A stretch of DNA of 64,000 bases from Candidatus Methylomirabilota bacterium (lineage in GTDB: Bacteria > Methylomirabilota > Methylomirabilia > Rokubacteriales > CSP1-6), in NCBI GenBank assembly GCA_035605575.1, contig DASTCJ010000114.1, forward strand, positions 1,285 to 65,284, read 5' to 3'. Below the pieces are notes generated by a model. It worked only from the letters and a program-made list of their open reading frames with translations, had not been told where the DNA came from and ran no database searches. The translations under genes and the position numbers were made by a program. Below, one piece after another: positions 63,607 through 64,000 of the stretch (within the stretch, counting starts at the first letter, position 1; each line of letters starts with the position of its first letter).

Positions 63607-64000
63607 ACACTGTCATCAATGCGGAGCGCACGCGGCGCGACATTGTGGTGATCGGCGCCTCCGCCGGGGGCGTCCCCGCGCTGCGTGAGCTGTTCGCCAA
63701 GCTGCCAAGTGACCTCGAGGCCGCCATCGCCGTCGTCCTGCACCGAAGCCCCGTGGCCGAGACGAGGCTCGCGTCCGTGCTCGGCTGGCGATCGGCCCTT
63801 CCGGTGAGCGAAGCAGTCGACGCCATGCCATTTCAGCGTGGAAACGTTTATGTTGCTCCGCGCGACCAGCCCCTGGCCGTCGACGCCGCTACGCTGCGCC
63901 TGTCGCGCGGTCCGAAGGAGCACCACACCCGACCGGCCATCGATCCGCTGTTCCGGTCGGCGGCGACATCGAATGGCAAGCGGGTAGTCGGCATCCTGCT
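63603..64000 (+). CDS. second CheB-type methylesterase domain protein, 5' part (runs off the right window edge)
   Basis: Not in the track because there is no stop before the window end. ATG 63603 overlaps the upstream stop (ATGA). Sequence: [50 protein letters not shown]...[12 protein letters not shown]. Confidence 0.8.
   Translation, partial: [132 protein letters not shown]

Noticed and set aside
1-64000. Mobile elements, prophage, integrons or genomic-island borders
   Set aside because: No transposase, integrase, recombinase, terminal inverted repeats or tRNA-adjacent junctions were seen. The only decay signs are the truncated LuxR regulator and the gene fragment near 7053-7142.

Overview
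Very GC-rich, gene-dense chromosomal segment with about 70 protein-coding genes on both strands and many 1-4 nt start/stop overlaps (ATGA, GTGA, TGATG). The host is probably an unidentified diderm bacterium, inferred from the RND efflux, MlaC, PilT and periplasmic cytochrome c genes. I found no rRNA, tRNA, CRISPR array, transposase or integrase.

Recognisable content, left to right:
- MMPL exporter, sulfotransferase and CopD-like membrane protein.
- A secreted glycine-repeat protein.
- Two PQQ-type sugar dehydrogenases, one paired with a di-haem cytochrome c.
- A MarR-regulated RND pump with no outer-membrane factor.
- SRPBCC plus Zn-ADH, a split chromate transporter pair, and MgtE.
- Assorted hydrolases and oxidoreductases.
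- A NUDIX / thioredoxin-fold / LMW-PTP cluster.
- An M20 peptidase / GNAT / EEP operon.
- PilT, a PilT paralogue and a degenerate receiver.
- A 661-aa orphan proline-repeat protein.
- MlaC-MoxR-DUF58-transglutaminase.
- GIY-YIG nuclease.
- A four-gene coupled operon: acidic protein, SRPBCC, metallophosphoesterase, nucleotidyltransferase.
- RidA.
- A Zn-ribbon / unknown / stand-alone LigD polymerase-domain operon.
- A Liv-type ABC operon interrupted by a GT-C-like membrane protein and a methyltransferase.
- A split CheB/CheR-PAS/hybrid-kinase signalling cluster.

Strongest leads:
1. An in-frame UGA at the catalytic Cys position of a TlpA/ResA-like gene, followed by a SECIS-like hairpin. This is a probable selenoprotein that the ORF track splits in two.
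2. The PolDom operon with two uncharacterised partners and no Ku or ligase nearby.
3. The orphan 661-aa repeat protein next to the pilT pair.
4. The two-gene insertion inside the liv operon.

Long antisense ORFs in the track are artefacts of high GC. Coordinates of elements not in the track were counted by hand and may be off by 1-2 nt.
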